A stretch of 64,000 nucleotides of DNA from Octopus sinensis (lineage: Eukaryota). Positions 38,865 to 52,629 of the stretch are shown here, piece by piece. The stretch is taken from NCBI RefSeq assembly GCF_006345805.1, contig NW_021832612.1:1-64000 (forward strand). Reading direction: 5' to 3'. The notes below the pieces were generated by a model. That model saw only the letters and a list, made by a program, of their open reading frames with translations, did not search any database and was not told where the DNA came from. The position numbers and the translations under genes were made by a program. The number at the start of each line of letters is the position of its first letter. Positions within the stretch are counted from its first letter, which is position 1.

Positions 38865-39925
38865 CAGAGTGCCCCAGAACGATTTACCCGTGTGTAAAAC
38901 TCTTCCTAAAGAATATCGGTTCAGGTAATATCTACATTTAACGTAAAGATTTGGTTATGTCTTTTGTTCGTGTGTCTATTGTTTCGTTCGTCTAAAATTG
39001 GTTTGCAAACAAACATGGCGTCGAAAGCAAAACATGACGAGATTGTTGCTTTGAGAGCAGCTAGAGTGAGAAGCGATGACATAACAAAACGGTTGAATGT
39101 GTGTTGTAAAACTGCTCAATACCTGGGAACAATATATGGAGTCCGCTACAACTTCTAGCAAGCCAATTCCTGGTAGGAAGCGAACAATTGGAATATTGAA
39201 GCTGTGAAGAAACGAATGGACGGAAATCCCCGCAGTATGCAAGAAAAGCTGCAACAGCTCTTGATATTTCGAAATCGTCAATGAACAGGATTTTTAAAGT
39301 GGATTTAAAACTTGCTGCAAAAAAGAAATAATCCAAGCGGTCAATTTCAGCAACATCCAAGAAGAAACGGCTCGACAGGGGTAAAACTATGTTAGCTGAG
39401 ATGAAGCGTGCCACTAACAAAGTGCTGATATGGTCCGATGAGAAACTATTCACCGTGGAGGCAGTTCCCAATAGAATGACAGGCTTTATGCATATAATGC
39501 AGGGGACTTGCCCGACGGTAACAGGATTCGTATACGCCATCAGAAGACAGCTTCTCTCATAGTGTGGGTTACAGATGCATCAAATGGGTCCAAGCCTCCA
39601 TTGATCTTCATCGATTCTGGGCGTCAAGGATAACAGTGAGGCTTATTTGGAAATGTTGGATGAGATAGTGTTACCCTGGATCACAGAAACCTTTGGTGAC
39701 CGTTACACCTTCACTCTAGACAGGGCTCCGGCCCACACATCCAATTTGGGACAGAGGTGGTTTAAAGAGCATTTCAACGGTTTTGGAGACAAGAAAATAC
39801 GGCCTCTCCTAAGTCTAGATGTCAATCCCATGGACTTTGCAATTTTAGGTATCTGAAAGAGTAATGTTTCTGCACGTTCCTATTCAAATGTGTCAGAATT
39901 CAAGAGAGATCTTCTGTCTTTATGG
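38865..39925 (+). mobile_element. Degenerate Tc1/mariner-superfamily transposon, maT (DD37D) type
   Basis: N-terminus MASKAKHDEIVALRAA; WSDEKLFTVE; DRAPAH...NPMD with 37 residues between the two Asp. Stops and frameshifts; no 3' TIR found. Confidence 0.85.
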
Positions 39926-40059
39926 GTCAATTTTTTAATTGCTTTTTTTTCATTTCTGTACATATCATTATGTCTTCTTGGGCTTCTATATTTATTAACG
40001 TGTCTTGGATTTCATGCAGCCACTCCGCTTCATCATTGAATATTTACCTGATTATTCTG

Positions 40060-40430
40060 GCCTTGCCAAAGACACAAACCTTTTGTTACAGTTCTACTAA
40101 GCCCTTTTTCCAGTGTCTTTTATACCTCTCATGGTGCCTTCTGAAAATGTCCCCAAGGACCCAACAATAATTGGAACTATCTTCACCTTCTGCATTTCCC
40201 ATAACCGAGCTTTTTCGTACTTAACAAGTGTTGTATTTATTTATTTTATCGCCTTCTTTCTTGACTATTCGTGAGTCAAAGGAGTATGCAGCATCAACGA
40301 TATAGCATATGCGGTCCACCACCACTATGTCCGGTCTGTTAGCTCTAGCACTTGATCTGTTTGGATTAAGAAATCCCACGTGATTTTGCTAGTCTCCGAT
40401 TCCACCACTCGAGCAGGAGTTCCAATCTCA
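40060..40430 (-). mobile_element. Old R4/Dong-type 3' fragment
   Basis: RVVESETSKITWDFLIQTD, followed by degenerate PD and VPIIVG.LG. Confidence 0.6.
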
Positions 40431-40539
40431 CACAGAAATGGGTAGAGACGATATTGTCCACGAAAGGTTGGGTGGAAGTGGCGAATGCGTACATAGTTTC
40501 CCTCATCTATTACCACCTGACAATCGTCCATTGCCCTGC

Positions 40540-41758
40540 TTTGTAGCTGACCAAGCTAGAACGGTTAGTATCCCGCCTTCTCTGGAAAAGACGTTTTCCC
40601 CTCGTCATACGGTTTTTTGCTAACAACAGCCACAGAGTGGAGGACCGGGCGTGCCCTGGCTAATGATGTACAGATATACGCTGAGGCTACAACATCTCCA
40701 GCATTTTCTTAACGGTGAACAGATGTGGTCACTGTTTGTCAAGTAGGATTTTCTGCAGCTCATGTCATTATCGGAGTTATAGTACTCAATGAAGCGTAGA
40801 CCCAGAAAGGACGCGTGACACTTGGAGTGTTAGCAAAAGCTCAGAGCCTCCTGTCAGTCGGGCAACGCAGTCAGAGGAAGTTCCACTGCGGAGTTTTATA
40901 GGGGATTAGTAGCGGGTAAGAATCACGTCGTCCTTGTAGAAACTCTGGGCGTCAGAAGAGATCAACTAACTGATCATTTCCGGGGGACTATCAGGCCGAA
41001 TCGTATGAATAAATTCCAAAATTCTATGGCCTGGATGTGCTATCGGGGAGCTCAGCCAGCTCCAAACAATCTCTGCAGACACAAAAGTGCTGTCAGACTG
41101 GTTGGTTAGAGGTGTGCGCAGAACGACGAAACCGTCCTGTACGCACTCATCCAGTGTCCTTGCATTACTGACTTATGGAGCTTTGTCAAACGGTTGTTAT
41201 CGCGTGTAGGACAGATCCGGTTATCATCTGAGTCCATCGTGAAGATCGCCCGGATGCCGCATTCCTTTGACCAGGAAGAAAAGACAGTTTTCCTCTGTCT
41301 GGTAGCTATGGCGAAAGCGGTTGACGAATCTGAGCAGACTGAAGACATATGCTTTCCTCTTGGGCCAAACCCTCATTGACTTTTTCAAGTTCCACTTAAA
41401 AAGGTAAGTGAGGGTAGAAAGGGAAGTTCTGCTCCCCAGTAATTTGATGAAAGGTGGGTGTATGTGATTAGGATGGTCCTAGTAAAGGGGCCTGCTCTGA
41501 ACTTTCGTTTGTAAACCGGAGGAGTTGAGAAGGAGAGAGGTGCCTACTGAGTTGCACTGGCGGTCGGAATAACCAGGTAGTGTGGGGGTCTGTGGTTGTC
41601 CCTGTGAGGAGCTAACCCCTTTTGGGGAATTTTTATTGTTCAATTTTTTTGTTATCTATTTTCTGTTACTGATTGTATATACGGCATTGTTCAACACCCC
41701 ACTTGTCCCTTTGTGTTGTATTGTCCCTATTTTTATAAGAACGGTCCAATATAAGAAA
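40540..41758 (+). mobile_element. L1/Tx1-like LINE 3' fragment
   Basis: Homologous to 49030-50130 (GGLGMPW-like motif, C..C...ET..HAL..C knuckle). T-rich 3' UTR ends at AATATAA before (TTA)n. Confidence 0.65.
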
Positions 41759-41773
41759 GTATTACTATTATTA

Positions 41774-41849
<76 letters not shown>

Positions 41850-42140
41850 CTTTATTATAATTATAAGAAAACTTACAGCTTATTTTGCTGGGTATGATGG
41901 AAAGTGTCAGCTGTCCACAAGCAGCGGACTAAGGTGACACATATTTACTGGTCATGCTTCAAGGACCCTGCGAAGAATTCTTGTAGTTCCAAGCAATGCT
42001 GATTTTTGTAGGCGTTCTACCTTCACACTTGCACCGATCTTTTTCAGCCATGCTGGTAAGTTAGTGCTGATACTTCCAAGTGCATCAATTATCCTGGGTA
42101 TCACGACTACTCTCCTCATTAACCACAACATTATTATTAA

Positions 42141-42171
<31 letters not shown>

Positions 42172-45100
42172 CAGTAGTTTTATTTTTATAGCGTGCTTTC
42201 ACTTCACTACCGAGCGCAGCACTGTATGCCCTGGGTATGTGCTATGATTTGTTGTGATGCTCTGATGGTTATTGTATGGAAAGTGTTCTGCGTAGGATGT
42301 GTGCAGTGCCTAGTAGTGCAATTTTCTGTATGTTATATGTGTTTGTAAGTCCTGGTGTTTTTGTTATGTATTTGTCTGAATATTTTTTTATCATGCCTAA
42401 TGCACCTACTATGATAGGAATTGTTTCCGTTTTCAGATTCCACATTCTAGTTACCTCTATTTCCAGGTCTTTGTATTTTGAGAGTTTCTCCATTTCTTTT
42501 AGAGACACGTTGTCATCTGCCGGTATTGATACATCAATTAGAAAGCATTTTTTTTTCTTCATGATCTCTGACAACTATATCTGGTCTGTTGGCCTTAATT
42601 ATTCTATCTGTGTGTATCGGCATATCCCAGAGTATGGTTGCTTTCTCGTTTTCTGTGACCTTTTCTGGTGTGTGCCTATACCATCTTTTTACTGTTGTTA
42701 TTCTATAATGTTGGCATAGCTTCCAGTGTATGTAGGTTCCAACTCTGTCATGTCTGTGAATATATTCCTTCTTAGCCAGGACTGGGCAGCTAGAGATAAT
42801 ATGATTTATTGTTTCTTGTCCATCTCCACATATTCTGCAGTTACTTGTAATATTTCTTTTCATTACTTGTTTTTGGTAATTTCTGGTGGGGAGGCTTTGG
42901 TCTTGTTTCTGCTTTGAGTCCTGAGCTTCTCAACCATTGCTGGGATTTTTCTTTGTCTATTTCTTTTGCGTTTAGTTTAGTGCAGTATTTACCATGAAGG
43001 GGCTATTCTTGCCATCGTTTTATCATGGTTCGTTGCTGTTCTATTTTTAGTTTGGATTTCATTTGTTTTATAGCTTTTGTTGTTTCTTCATCATCTCCTT
43101 CTTCTTCTTCGTGTTTATTAGGTGGTATGATTTCTTGTTTGTATTTGTCAGCTTCCTTAAATACTGAGAACAGTTTTTTGTTTTGCTCGTGTTTTGCTGC
43201 TATCTGGATCAGTTTTCCTTCCTTCTGAAGTAGGTATTTTTGCAGTCCTATGGTGGTTATTTTATAGTAGTTCTCCAGTTGTATAAGGCCTCTACCACCT
43301 TCTATACGTTGTATATATAGTCTTTCTATGTCAGATTTTGGGTGATGCATCCTAGATCCTGTCAGTATTTTTCTTGTTTTCCTATCTATTTTGGACAGTT
43401 CATTTCGTGTCCAGTTAAGGATATTGTAGCTGTAACTTATAACTGGGACAGCTAAAGTGTTGATACCTATTATCTTGTTTTTAGCATTGAGCTCTGTTTT
43501 TAGTATTGATCTAACTCGCCTATAATATTCTTTTTTTTATTTTCTCTTTCATTTTTGTGTGTTGTGTCTTATCTAGTTCATGGATTCCTAAGTATTTGTA
43601 AGTTTGGCTTTGGTCTAATTCTTTTATTTCATCGGTTTTATCTAGTGTGATGTTGTTACTCTTAACTAGTTTTCCTCTTTTCATGGTTACTTTGGCGCAT
43701 TTTTCTAATCCAAATTTCATATCTATTTCTTTGGTAAATCCATGAACTGTCTTTAATAGTGTTTCCAGCTGTTTGTCATTTGCAGCGTATAGTTTTAGGT
43801 CATCCATATATAAAAGGTGGCTGATCGTTTTGCCGTAACATTTATATCCGCATCCAGTTCTATTTAGCATATCAGATAGAGGTGACAGTGCCAAGCAGAA
43901 AAGGAGTGGAGAGAGTGTGTCTCCTTGGAATATTCCTCTTCTGATGGGGATGTCTTTGGTTTTCATGAGTCCCTCTTTTGTTTGGAGGTGTAGGACTGTT
44001 TGCCATTTATTCATAGAGTGCTCTATGAATTTTATGATTGTTGGTGCTACTTTGTTAATGGCTAGTGTTTCAAGGATCCACGTGTGGAGGATGCTATCAA
44101 ACGCCTTTTTGTAGTCAATCCAGGCCATACTGAGGCCTTTCTTCTTTCTGTGGCTGTCTTCAGTTACGGCTTTATTAATCATTAGTTGATCTTTACAGCC
44201 ATATGAGCCTTTGCGGCATCCTTTCTGCTCTTCTGGGAACAGTTTGCTTTCGTCCAGGTGCTTGTTCAGCCTTTGCGATATCACTGCAGTAAATACCTTG
44301 AACATAGTAGGGAGGCAGGTTATTGGTCTGTAGTTTTCTGGTTTTGCTGTTTCATTTGATTTGGGAATTAAGATGGTTTTCCCCTTCGTGAGCCATTCAG
44401 GCATTGTCTCTGGCTCTGCTAGTATGCTGTTAAAGTTTTCAGCCAGCTTTTTGTGCATTCCTGTTAGATATTTCAACCAGAAGTTGGGGATCTTGTCATG
44501 CCCAGGTGCCTTCCAGTTGCTTAGTCTTTGCAGTGCCTGGGTGACCTCTTCAGTTGTTATGGGGGTCCAAAGTTGTTCACATGCCGAGTTTGTTATTTTG
44601 ATACTCCTTTTTTTGGCCGTTCGTTCGCCGACCATATTTCTCTCCAGAATTCTTCCAATTCTTCTGCCGTTGGTGCTGTAGTGACTTCTATTTTATTTTT
44701 TCCAGATCTTGGTAGAACTTTTTGGGGTTGGTGTTGAACTTTTTGTTCTGTTCAAAGAAGCGTTGGCGTTTCTCGTACCGGCGGATCCTTTGAGCTTTGG
44801 CAAGGATATCTTGCTTCAGCTTTTCTTTTATCTCCGGCAAATCATTTTCTGTGATGTTATATTTGCGGAGCATTTTTGTTCTCTTTTGTTGCTCAGTAGC
44901 GTTGATTGTTTGCTGATTTCGTTAAGAATAGACAGGTCTTTTCTAATTTTTTTTATTTTGTTTGGATGTTATTTATCCACAGGGTTTGTTTGGGTGGTGG
45001 TACTCCTGTTTGGGCGGGTTTGGGTGAGTATTCAGCTTCTTTTGTGGCTGCAGTGGCTGCTGCGTATATCAAGTCATTCAGTTCAGTGATATCACTTTTT

Positions 45101-45217
45101 TTTGTTTCAGTGGCTAGTTCAGTGACGGCTAGGTTTATGCTGTTTATAATTGGTGTTGTTATTTCGTTTATTTTTATCTTGGGAGGTATGGTCGGTGGTC
45201 CATTTTGGGCTTTGTGG

Positions 45218-45219
<2 letters not shown>
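42172..45219 (-). mobile_element. R4/Dong-type element family 3, copy a (about 3.0 kb, 5'-truncated) in (TAA)n
   Basis: RT ORF 43520-44635 (NYRPITCL, QGDTLSP, YMDDLKLY); CRIC...H...C knuckle, RHD, RPDI, EKLSKY; TTA repeats on both sides. Confidence 0.93.
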
Positions 45220-45278
<59 letters not shown>

Positions 45279-45281
<3 letters not shown>

Positions 45282-46064
45282 TAGTTTTATTTTTATAGCG
45301 TGCTTTCACTTCACTACCGAGCGCAGCTCTGTGTGCCTTGGGTATGTGCTGTGATTTGTTGTGATGCTCTGATGGTTATTGTATGGAAAGTGTTCTGCGT
45401 AGGATGTGTGCAGTGCCTAGTAGTGCAATTTTCTGTATGTTATATGTGTTTGTAAGTCCTGGTGTTTTTGTTATGTATTTGTCTGAATATTTTTTTATCA
45501 TGCCTAATGCACCTACTATGATAGGAATTGTTTCCGTTTTCAGATTCCACATTCTAGTTACCTCTATTTCCAGGTCTTTGTATTTTGAGAGTTTCTCCAT
45601 TTCTTTTAGAGACACGTTGTCATCTGCCGGTATTGATACATCAATTAGAAAGCATTTTTTTTTCTTCATGATCTCTGACAACTATATCTGGTCTGTTGGC
45701 TTTAATTTCTCTATCTCTGTGTATCGGCATATCCCAGAGTATGGTTGCTTTCTCGTTTTCTGTGACCTTTTCTGGTGTGTGCCTATACCATCTTTTTTCT
45801 GTTGTTATTCCATAATGTTGGCATAGCTTCCAGTGTATGTAGGTTCCAACTCTGTCATGTCTGTGAATATATTCCTTCTTAGCCAGGACTGGGCAGCTAG
45901 AGATAATATGATTTATTGTTTCTTGTCCATCTCCACATATTCTGCAGTTACTTGTAATATTTCTTTTCATTACATGTTTTTGGTAATTTCTGGTGGGGAG
46001 GCTTTGGTCTTGTGCTGCAATTAAGAATCCCTCTGTTTCTGCTTTGAGTCCTGAGCTTCTCAGC

Positions 46065-46066
<2 letters not shown>
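45279..46066 (-). mobile_element. R4/Dong-type element family 3, copy b (about 0.8 kb, 5'-truncated) in (TAA)n
   Basis: Near-identical to the 3' end of copy a, with the same terminus cagtagttttatttttatagcg; TTA repeats on both sides. Confidence 0.93.
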
Positions 46067-46119
<53 letters not shown>

Positions 46120-46311
46120 GTCGTTGTTGTTGTTGTTGTTCTTCTTCTTGTCGTCGTCGTCGAGGTAAAACGTGTTTTGAACGCTCAGTATGTTTGAATT
46201 GTTTTCTTGTGTATTTTTGAAGGTTGTTGGCTGTTATGTAAGTGTTTTCGTTTTCTAAACCCCTATTGGTGTACAGAAGGGATTCTTTTCCGTTAAGAGT
46301 TCTGTCGGTCA

Positions 46312-47170
46312 GTACCTATTTCTTTAATACCCACAAGCGGCTAAACACAGAGAGGACATACAAACGGATTAAGTCGATTATATCGACCCCAGTGCGTAAC
46401 TGGTATTTAATTTATCTACTCCGAAAGGATGAAAGGCAAAGCCGACCTCGGCGGAATTTGAACTCAGAACGTAACGTTAGACAAAATACCTATTTCTTCA
46501 CTACCCACAAGGGGCTAAACATAGAGGGGACAAACAAGGTCAGACCTATGTATTAAGTCAATTACGTCGACCTCAGTGCGTAACTGGTACTTATTTAATT
46601 GACCCCGAAAGGATGAAAGGCAAAGTCGACCACGGCAGAATTCGAACTCAGAACGTAACCGCAGCCGAAATACCTATTTCTTTACTACCACAAGGGGCTA
46701 AACATAGAGGGACAAAGAAGGACAGACAAACGGATTAAGTCGATTACATCGACCTCAGTGCGTAACTGCTACTTATTTAATTGACTCCGAAAGGATGAAA
46801 GGCAAAGTCGACCACGGCGCAATTTGAACTCAGAACGTAGTGGCAGACGAAATACCGCAAAGCATTTCGCCCGGCGTGCTAACGTTTCTGCCAACTCCCA
46901 GCTTTTCTGACGGTTAGTACCTATTTCTTTATTACCCACAAGGGGCTGAACATAGAGGGGACAAACATGGACAGACATAGGTATTAAGTCGATTATATCG
47001 ACCCCAGTGCTTAACTGGTACTTAATTTATCGACCCCGAAAGGATGAAAGGCAAAGTCGACCTCGGCGGAATTTGAACTCACAACGTAACGGCAGACGAA
47101 ATACCGCGAAGCATTTCGCCCGACGTGCTAGCGTTTCTGCCAACTCCCAGCTTTTCTGACGGTTAGTACC
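46312..47170 (-). repeat. Tandem array of four SINE-derived units (about 175-250 bp)
   Basis: Units start tacctatttc...acaaggggctaaac at about 46313, 46487, 46671 and 46918; each has ggatgaaaggcaaagtcgacc..ggcggaatttgaactc. Confidence 0.85.
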
Positions 47171-47209
47171 TCGACGATTTATCCTCTGAACAGCACAAAG
47201 AACAGTACC

Positions 47210-50132
47210 AACACCACTCACTGCACCTACACAACCATTAACACTGGAAAAGAAAAAAAGTCAAGAAAACGCCGCCAAAGCCACCACCGCTATGAACAAG
47301 AGAAACAACAAAGAAAATACAATCACAAACGCAAATGACAAATCCAATAGACACGGTTTCGCTTCTGCAGCGAAACAAACAAGAGAAACGATAAACGTCA
47401 CATTAGAGGATTTAAAAAATTTCAAGGGGCTTTTAGTGAGACAAGGTAATAATGTCTCTCTAAATACCCCGAAAGAAATTGTTCTAGACACAAACAGAAG
47501 AAGCATTACGTAAAAAATGTATAAACAAACAAAAAAGTCATTGGAACGAGCAACACAAGAATAACTGGAACTAATTCTGAAACCAATTTGGAAGAAGAAA
47601 GCATAAGTGACACGTGGAAAATGGTTCGGTACTGTGGAAGTGCGCTACGGAACGGAAGAAGCAAGAAAACATTCCACAGTGCCACTATTTTCAGAAGACA
47701 TTATCGTCGTGCCGACATGTCTTGGTCGGCACGTCACCAAAATTAATATTGGCCGGGGGGGGGGGGTACCCCTGAAATAAACATATGTTGGCTGATGGCC
47801 TCTGTCTTCTATGATATAGAGGATACGGCCGCGATCCATTCTAAATTTATTTTAACTTGGTGATGCTCAGAATAGTTTTATAGAGGCCAGGGGCCTCGGA
47901 TCACCTTGGAAACAACGTCACCTTTTAAATTACCTGAGGTCACTTACTGTAAATGTTGCAGTCATTAGTGAATCCAGATATCCGACCCACGGAGATTTTC
48001 TATCTCTGTGTCGGCCTGGGTGGTGTAATAGTAAAACTGTGGTGCTTTTCTGGAAGGGTCCGTATTTGAATATAAGGGCAGTCTTCCTGGATTCAGAAGG
48101 TAAGTTGGTGGTCCTAGATGTCAACAGCAGTGACGGCGGGGCTTTCAGACTGGTGGCTCTACAGGGGCAGGGTGGTCTGATTACTTCAAGCGTCTGGAGT
48201 ACGTCTCGAACATTCGTACTAGTAGGGGATTAGAACGCTGTCTTAGATGGATGTTTCGATTGCGTAGGAGATTCTTATAAGAGAGGTGGGGTGCAAAAAC
48301 CTCAAAAATCTACTCAGACATTATCCACTGTCTGCCGGGTACCGATTAGATTATCCGAATGTCCCAATGTGGACTTGAACAAACCGCATCTGGTTATCTA
48401 GATCGTATCTAGATAGAGTATTGTGTAAGCCAGCGGACAAGGATATCATCGGGTGTTCATAATTTCACATGGTCAACTACACAGACCACAAATTTGTGAT
48501 CCGTACAGTCGACTTGGATAGGCTTCATAGACACGGTCCCGGTTACTGGAAGCCGAACACGGCGTGAGGTTGACCTTCGACCAATTTTTCGACGCCAAAC
48601 ACGAAAGCTGCGGAAAGGGAATGATAGCGTAACGATAGGCCCGCGTGACGGAGGTGAAAAGTGACAATAAAGGCACCATTCGGTCTTTGGTGGACCAGGA
48701 AGGATACAAGGTGTTCGAACCGAAAGAGACGGGCCCATTAAATTGCATTGCTCGGAATCTAGTTTGGTCCAGACCTTCAGGTGCATAAAAACTGGGACGA
48801 GGTGACGAGGAAGGTAGCCAACCTAACCCAGACATGGGCCTATAGGGAGCTGCTTCAGAGCGGTCGAGGGGAGGAGGCGAATGTGTACATCGCATTTGTC
48901 ATCTTTTACCACTTGACCGTCGTCCCTTGCCCCGTTTGCTGGTTGACCAACCTGGTGCGTTTACTCTTCCCTCTTCTGTGGAAGGCGCGCGTTCCACCGG
49001 TCAGGAGCTCCATCTACTGTCAACAGTCACTGAATGGAGGGCTTGGCATGCCGTGGTTACTAATTCGCAGACATTCATTGAGTTTGCGGCATCACCAGCG
49101 TTTCCTTGACGGTGAGCAGGTCTGGTCACTGCTTGTCAGGTACATTTTTTCACAGACCGTCCCTTTGACTGAGCTGCAAACCTGGATTATGCGTAGACCG
49201 AAGAGGGGGTGCTTGTCTACGCCCTCCGCCAGGTGAACAATGAGGTCAGTGTAGTTTCACTCTAGCCTTCTATAGAGGGCTAGTGGAAGGATATCGCGAC
49301 GACGTTCTCGGGGAAACTCTAGGCATCGATGAAGATCAACGAAATAGTCTGTTTCGGAGAACTTTCTGGCCTAGGCCTATGAATAAGTTCGAGAAGTCCC
49401 TTGCCTGGCAGTGCCACCGAGGGGCGTTGACTGTTTGAGATAAACTTTACAGGTACGGAAGTGCCGTCAGCCAGGCCTGCTCGAAGTGTGCCCAGAATGA
49501 TGAAACCTTTCTACACGCCCTCATCCAGTGACCGAATATTGCTGACCTCTGTGGGTTTATGTCGAACACCTGCTGTCCCGTGTTGGACGGATCCGCTATC
49601 AGCTGAATCCATAGTGAGGATTACACCACCACCCTCCTTTGGCTGGGAGGAGCAGGCAATTTTTATTTTAGTGGCTGTAGCGAAATCGGTAGTATGGTGG
49701 ACTCGTCTGAAAGGGCTAAAGTCAGAGACTTTCCTCTTTGGCCAAGCCCTCACCAACTCTTTCAAGTTTCATTTGAAATGGAAGTTGGGGGTGGAGAGGG
49801 AAGTGTTGCCTTGTAGTAATTGTGTTGAAAGGAGGGTGAATGTTGGAAGAATGTCCAGTGCAAAAATACCAATTCTGAGCGCGCACCTGTAAACAATAAA
49901 AGGGAATTAAAGAAGGGCTCTTGCCCTATTGATCAGGCACCCGTGGCTTTTGTGGGGTTTTCCACGAGGATCTTAAAGCGCCTCCCCTATTGGAAGTTTT
50001 TTATTTGTTTGATTTACATGTTATTTATTGTTTACACGCCGTAAAACCCATTGTGTCGTCCCGTTTTTGTCTGTTATGTTGTTGCATGTCATTCAATGTT
50101 ATTTTATGTGAGCGATCATGGCTAATAAAATA
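47210..50132 (+). mobile_element. Degenerate L1/Tx1-like LINE (ORF1 remnant, APE endonuclease, RT core deleted, C-terminus, 3' UTR)
   Basis: APE motifs GKLVVLDV, LVGD.NAVLD, YLDRVL and TDHKFV; C-terminal NGGLGMPW; AATAAA at about 50123 followed by TTA repeats. Confidence 0.75.
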
Positions 50133-50166
50133 ATTTATTACTATTATTATTATCATTATTATTATT

Positions 50167-51795
50167 CAGTAGTTTTATTTTTATAGCGTGCTTTCACTTC
50201 ACTACCGAGCGCAGCTCTGTATGCCTTGGGTATGTGCTGTGATTTGTTGTGATGCTCTGATGGTTATTGTATGGAAAGTGTTCTGCGTAGGATGTGTGCA
50301 GTGCCTAGTAGTGCAATTTTCTGTATGTTATATGTGTTTGTAAGTCCTGGGTTTTTGTTATGTATTTGTCTGAATATTTTTTTATCATGCCTAATGCACC
50401 TACTATGATAGGAATTGTTTCCGTTTTCAGATTCCACATTCTAGTTACCTCTATTTCCAGGTCTTTGTATTTTGAGAGTTTCTCCATTTCTTTTAGAGAC
50501 ACGTTGTCATCTGCCGGTATTGATACATCAATTAGAAAGCATTTTTTTTTTCTTCATGATCTCTGACAACTATATCTGGTCTGTTGGCTTTAATTTCTCT
50601 ATCTGTGTGTATCGGCATATCCCAGAGTATGGTTGCTTTCTCGTTTTCTGTGACCTTTTCTGGTGTGTGCCTATACCATCTTTTTTACTGTTGTTATTCC
50701 ATAATGTTGGCATAGCTTCCAGTGTATGTAGGTTCCAACTCTGTCATGTCTGTGAATATATTCCTTCTTAGCCAGGACTGGGCAGCTAGAGATAATATGA
50801 TTTATTGTTTCTTGTCCATCTCCACATATTCTGCAGTTACTTGTAATATTTCTTTTCATTACATGTTTTGGTAATTTCTGGTGGGGAGGCTTTGGTCTTG
50901 TGCTGCAATTAAAAATCCCTCTGTTTCTGCTTTGAGTCCTGAGCTTCTCAACCATTGTTGGGATTTTTCTTTGTCTATTTCTTTTGCGTTTAGTTTAGTG
51001 CAGTATTTACCATGAAGGGGCTTTTCTTGCCATCGTTTTATCATGGTCCGTTGCTGTTCTATTTTTAGTTTGGATTTCATTTGTTTTATAGCTTTTGTTG
51101 TTTCTTCATCATCTCCTTCTTCTTCTTCGTGTTTATTAGGTGGTATGATTTCTTGTTTGTATTTGTCAGCTTCCTTAAATACTGAGAACAGTTTTTGTTT
51201 TGCTCGTGTTTTGCTGCTATCTGGATCAGTTTTCCTTCCTTCTGAAGTAGGTATTTTTGCAGTCCTATGGTGGTTATTTTATAGTAGTTTTCCAGCTGTA
51301 TAAGGCCTCTACCACCTTCTATACGTTGTATATATAGTCTTTCTATGTCAGATTTTGGGTGATGCATCCTAGATCCTGTCAGTATTTTTCTTGTTTTCCT
51401 ATCTATTTTGGACAGTTCATTTCGTGTCCAGTTAAGGATATTGTAGCTGTAACTTATAACTGGGACAGCTAAAGTGTTGATACCTATTATCTTGTTTTTA
51501 GCATTGAGCTCTGTTTTTAGTATTGATCTAACTCGTCTATAATATTCTTTTTTTATTTTCTCTTTCATTTGTGTGTGTTGTGTCTTATCTAGTTCATGGA
51601 TTCCTAAGTATTTGTAAGTTTGGCTTTGGTCTAATTCTTTTATTTCATTGGTTTTATCTAGTGTGATGTTGTTACTCTTAACTAGTTTTCCTCTTTTCAT
51701 GCTTACTTTGGCGCATTTTTCTAATCCAAATTTCATATCTATTTCTTTGGTAAATCCATGAACTGTCTTTAATAGTGTTTCCAGCTGTTTGTCAT
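50167..51795 (-). mobile_element. R4/Dong-type element family 3, copy c (about 1.6 kb, 5'-truncated) in (TAA)n
   Basis: Near-identical to 42172-43780, with the same 3' terminus. Truncated just after the YMDD region and abutting (TTA)n 51795-51872. Confidence 0.93.
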
Positions 51796-52049
51796 ATTAT
51801 TATTATTATTATTATCATTATTATTATAATTATTATTATTATTATTATTATCATTATTATTATTATTATTATCCTCACTTTTATCATCACAATATTATCA
51901 CAATATTGATATTTATTAAAGAGTAGAAAATATATCTATTATTTCTCATTATTCAAAAATAATAAAACTATACAACGTGAAACAGTTCCACCAACATTAC
52001 GAAAAACTACAAACACAACAGTGATTTATTTATTTTCTTCTTCTTACAG

Positions 52050-52280
52050 GAAGATGTCCTTTTGATTTTATTGACCTTGCTGGTATACCTTCAGAGAATG
52101 ATTTGGGTAGATTTAATGACTACAGTTACACGCAATGTCTGCTTCATTGCGAAGCAATGCCAAATTGCCAATCGTTTGACTATAGCTATAATTACAAAAG
52201 ATGCTACTTGTCAACTATAGGTCATAGAACTGCTGAATTGTATTTTTACAAAAATTACATTTACACCGAAATAAACAGAG
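52050..52280 (+). CDS. Coding exon 4 (231 nt, phase 1-1), second and hypervariable PAN/Apple-like domain
   Basis: Acceptor ttttcttcttcttacag and donor AG|gtaagg. Translation RCPFDFIDLAGIPSENDLGRFNDYSYTQCLLHCEAMPNCQSFDYSYNYKRCYLSTIGHRTAELYFYKNYIYTEINR. Confidence 0.87.
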
Positions 52281-52468
52281 GTAAGGGCGTCATTTTCTTG
52301 TTTTTATTTATTTATTTTGTTGGAATTATACACAGGCAGTTAGACAAGACTAAATCACCACCTTCCAAAATGTGTTAGACTGTTATATTGAGGCCAGGAC
52401 TTTGATTTACTTGGCTCTATCATTGGCTAAGTCCAATGTCATATAAAGGTACGGACTCAATACCAAAT

Positions 52469-52506
<38 letters not shown>

Positions 52507-52629
52507 CATACATACATACATACATACATACATACATACAACATACATACATACATACATACATAAATGCATACATACTCGCATACATATATAGATGCAC
52601 GCATACATGCATACATACATGCACGCACA

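Noticed and set aside
46312-47170. Regularly spaced repeats resembling a CRISPR array
   Set aside because: The whole units are homologous SINE pieces with no unique spacers, the context is eukaryotic, and there are no cas genes.
42540-50545. Frameshift at the same A-run before the REL motif in all three family-3 copies, as a programmed frameshift
   Set aside because: Run lengths differ (9, 9 and 10 versus 8 needed), and the related element at 6208 is in frame here. Homopolymer slippage or sequencing error is more likely.
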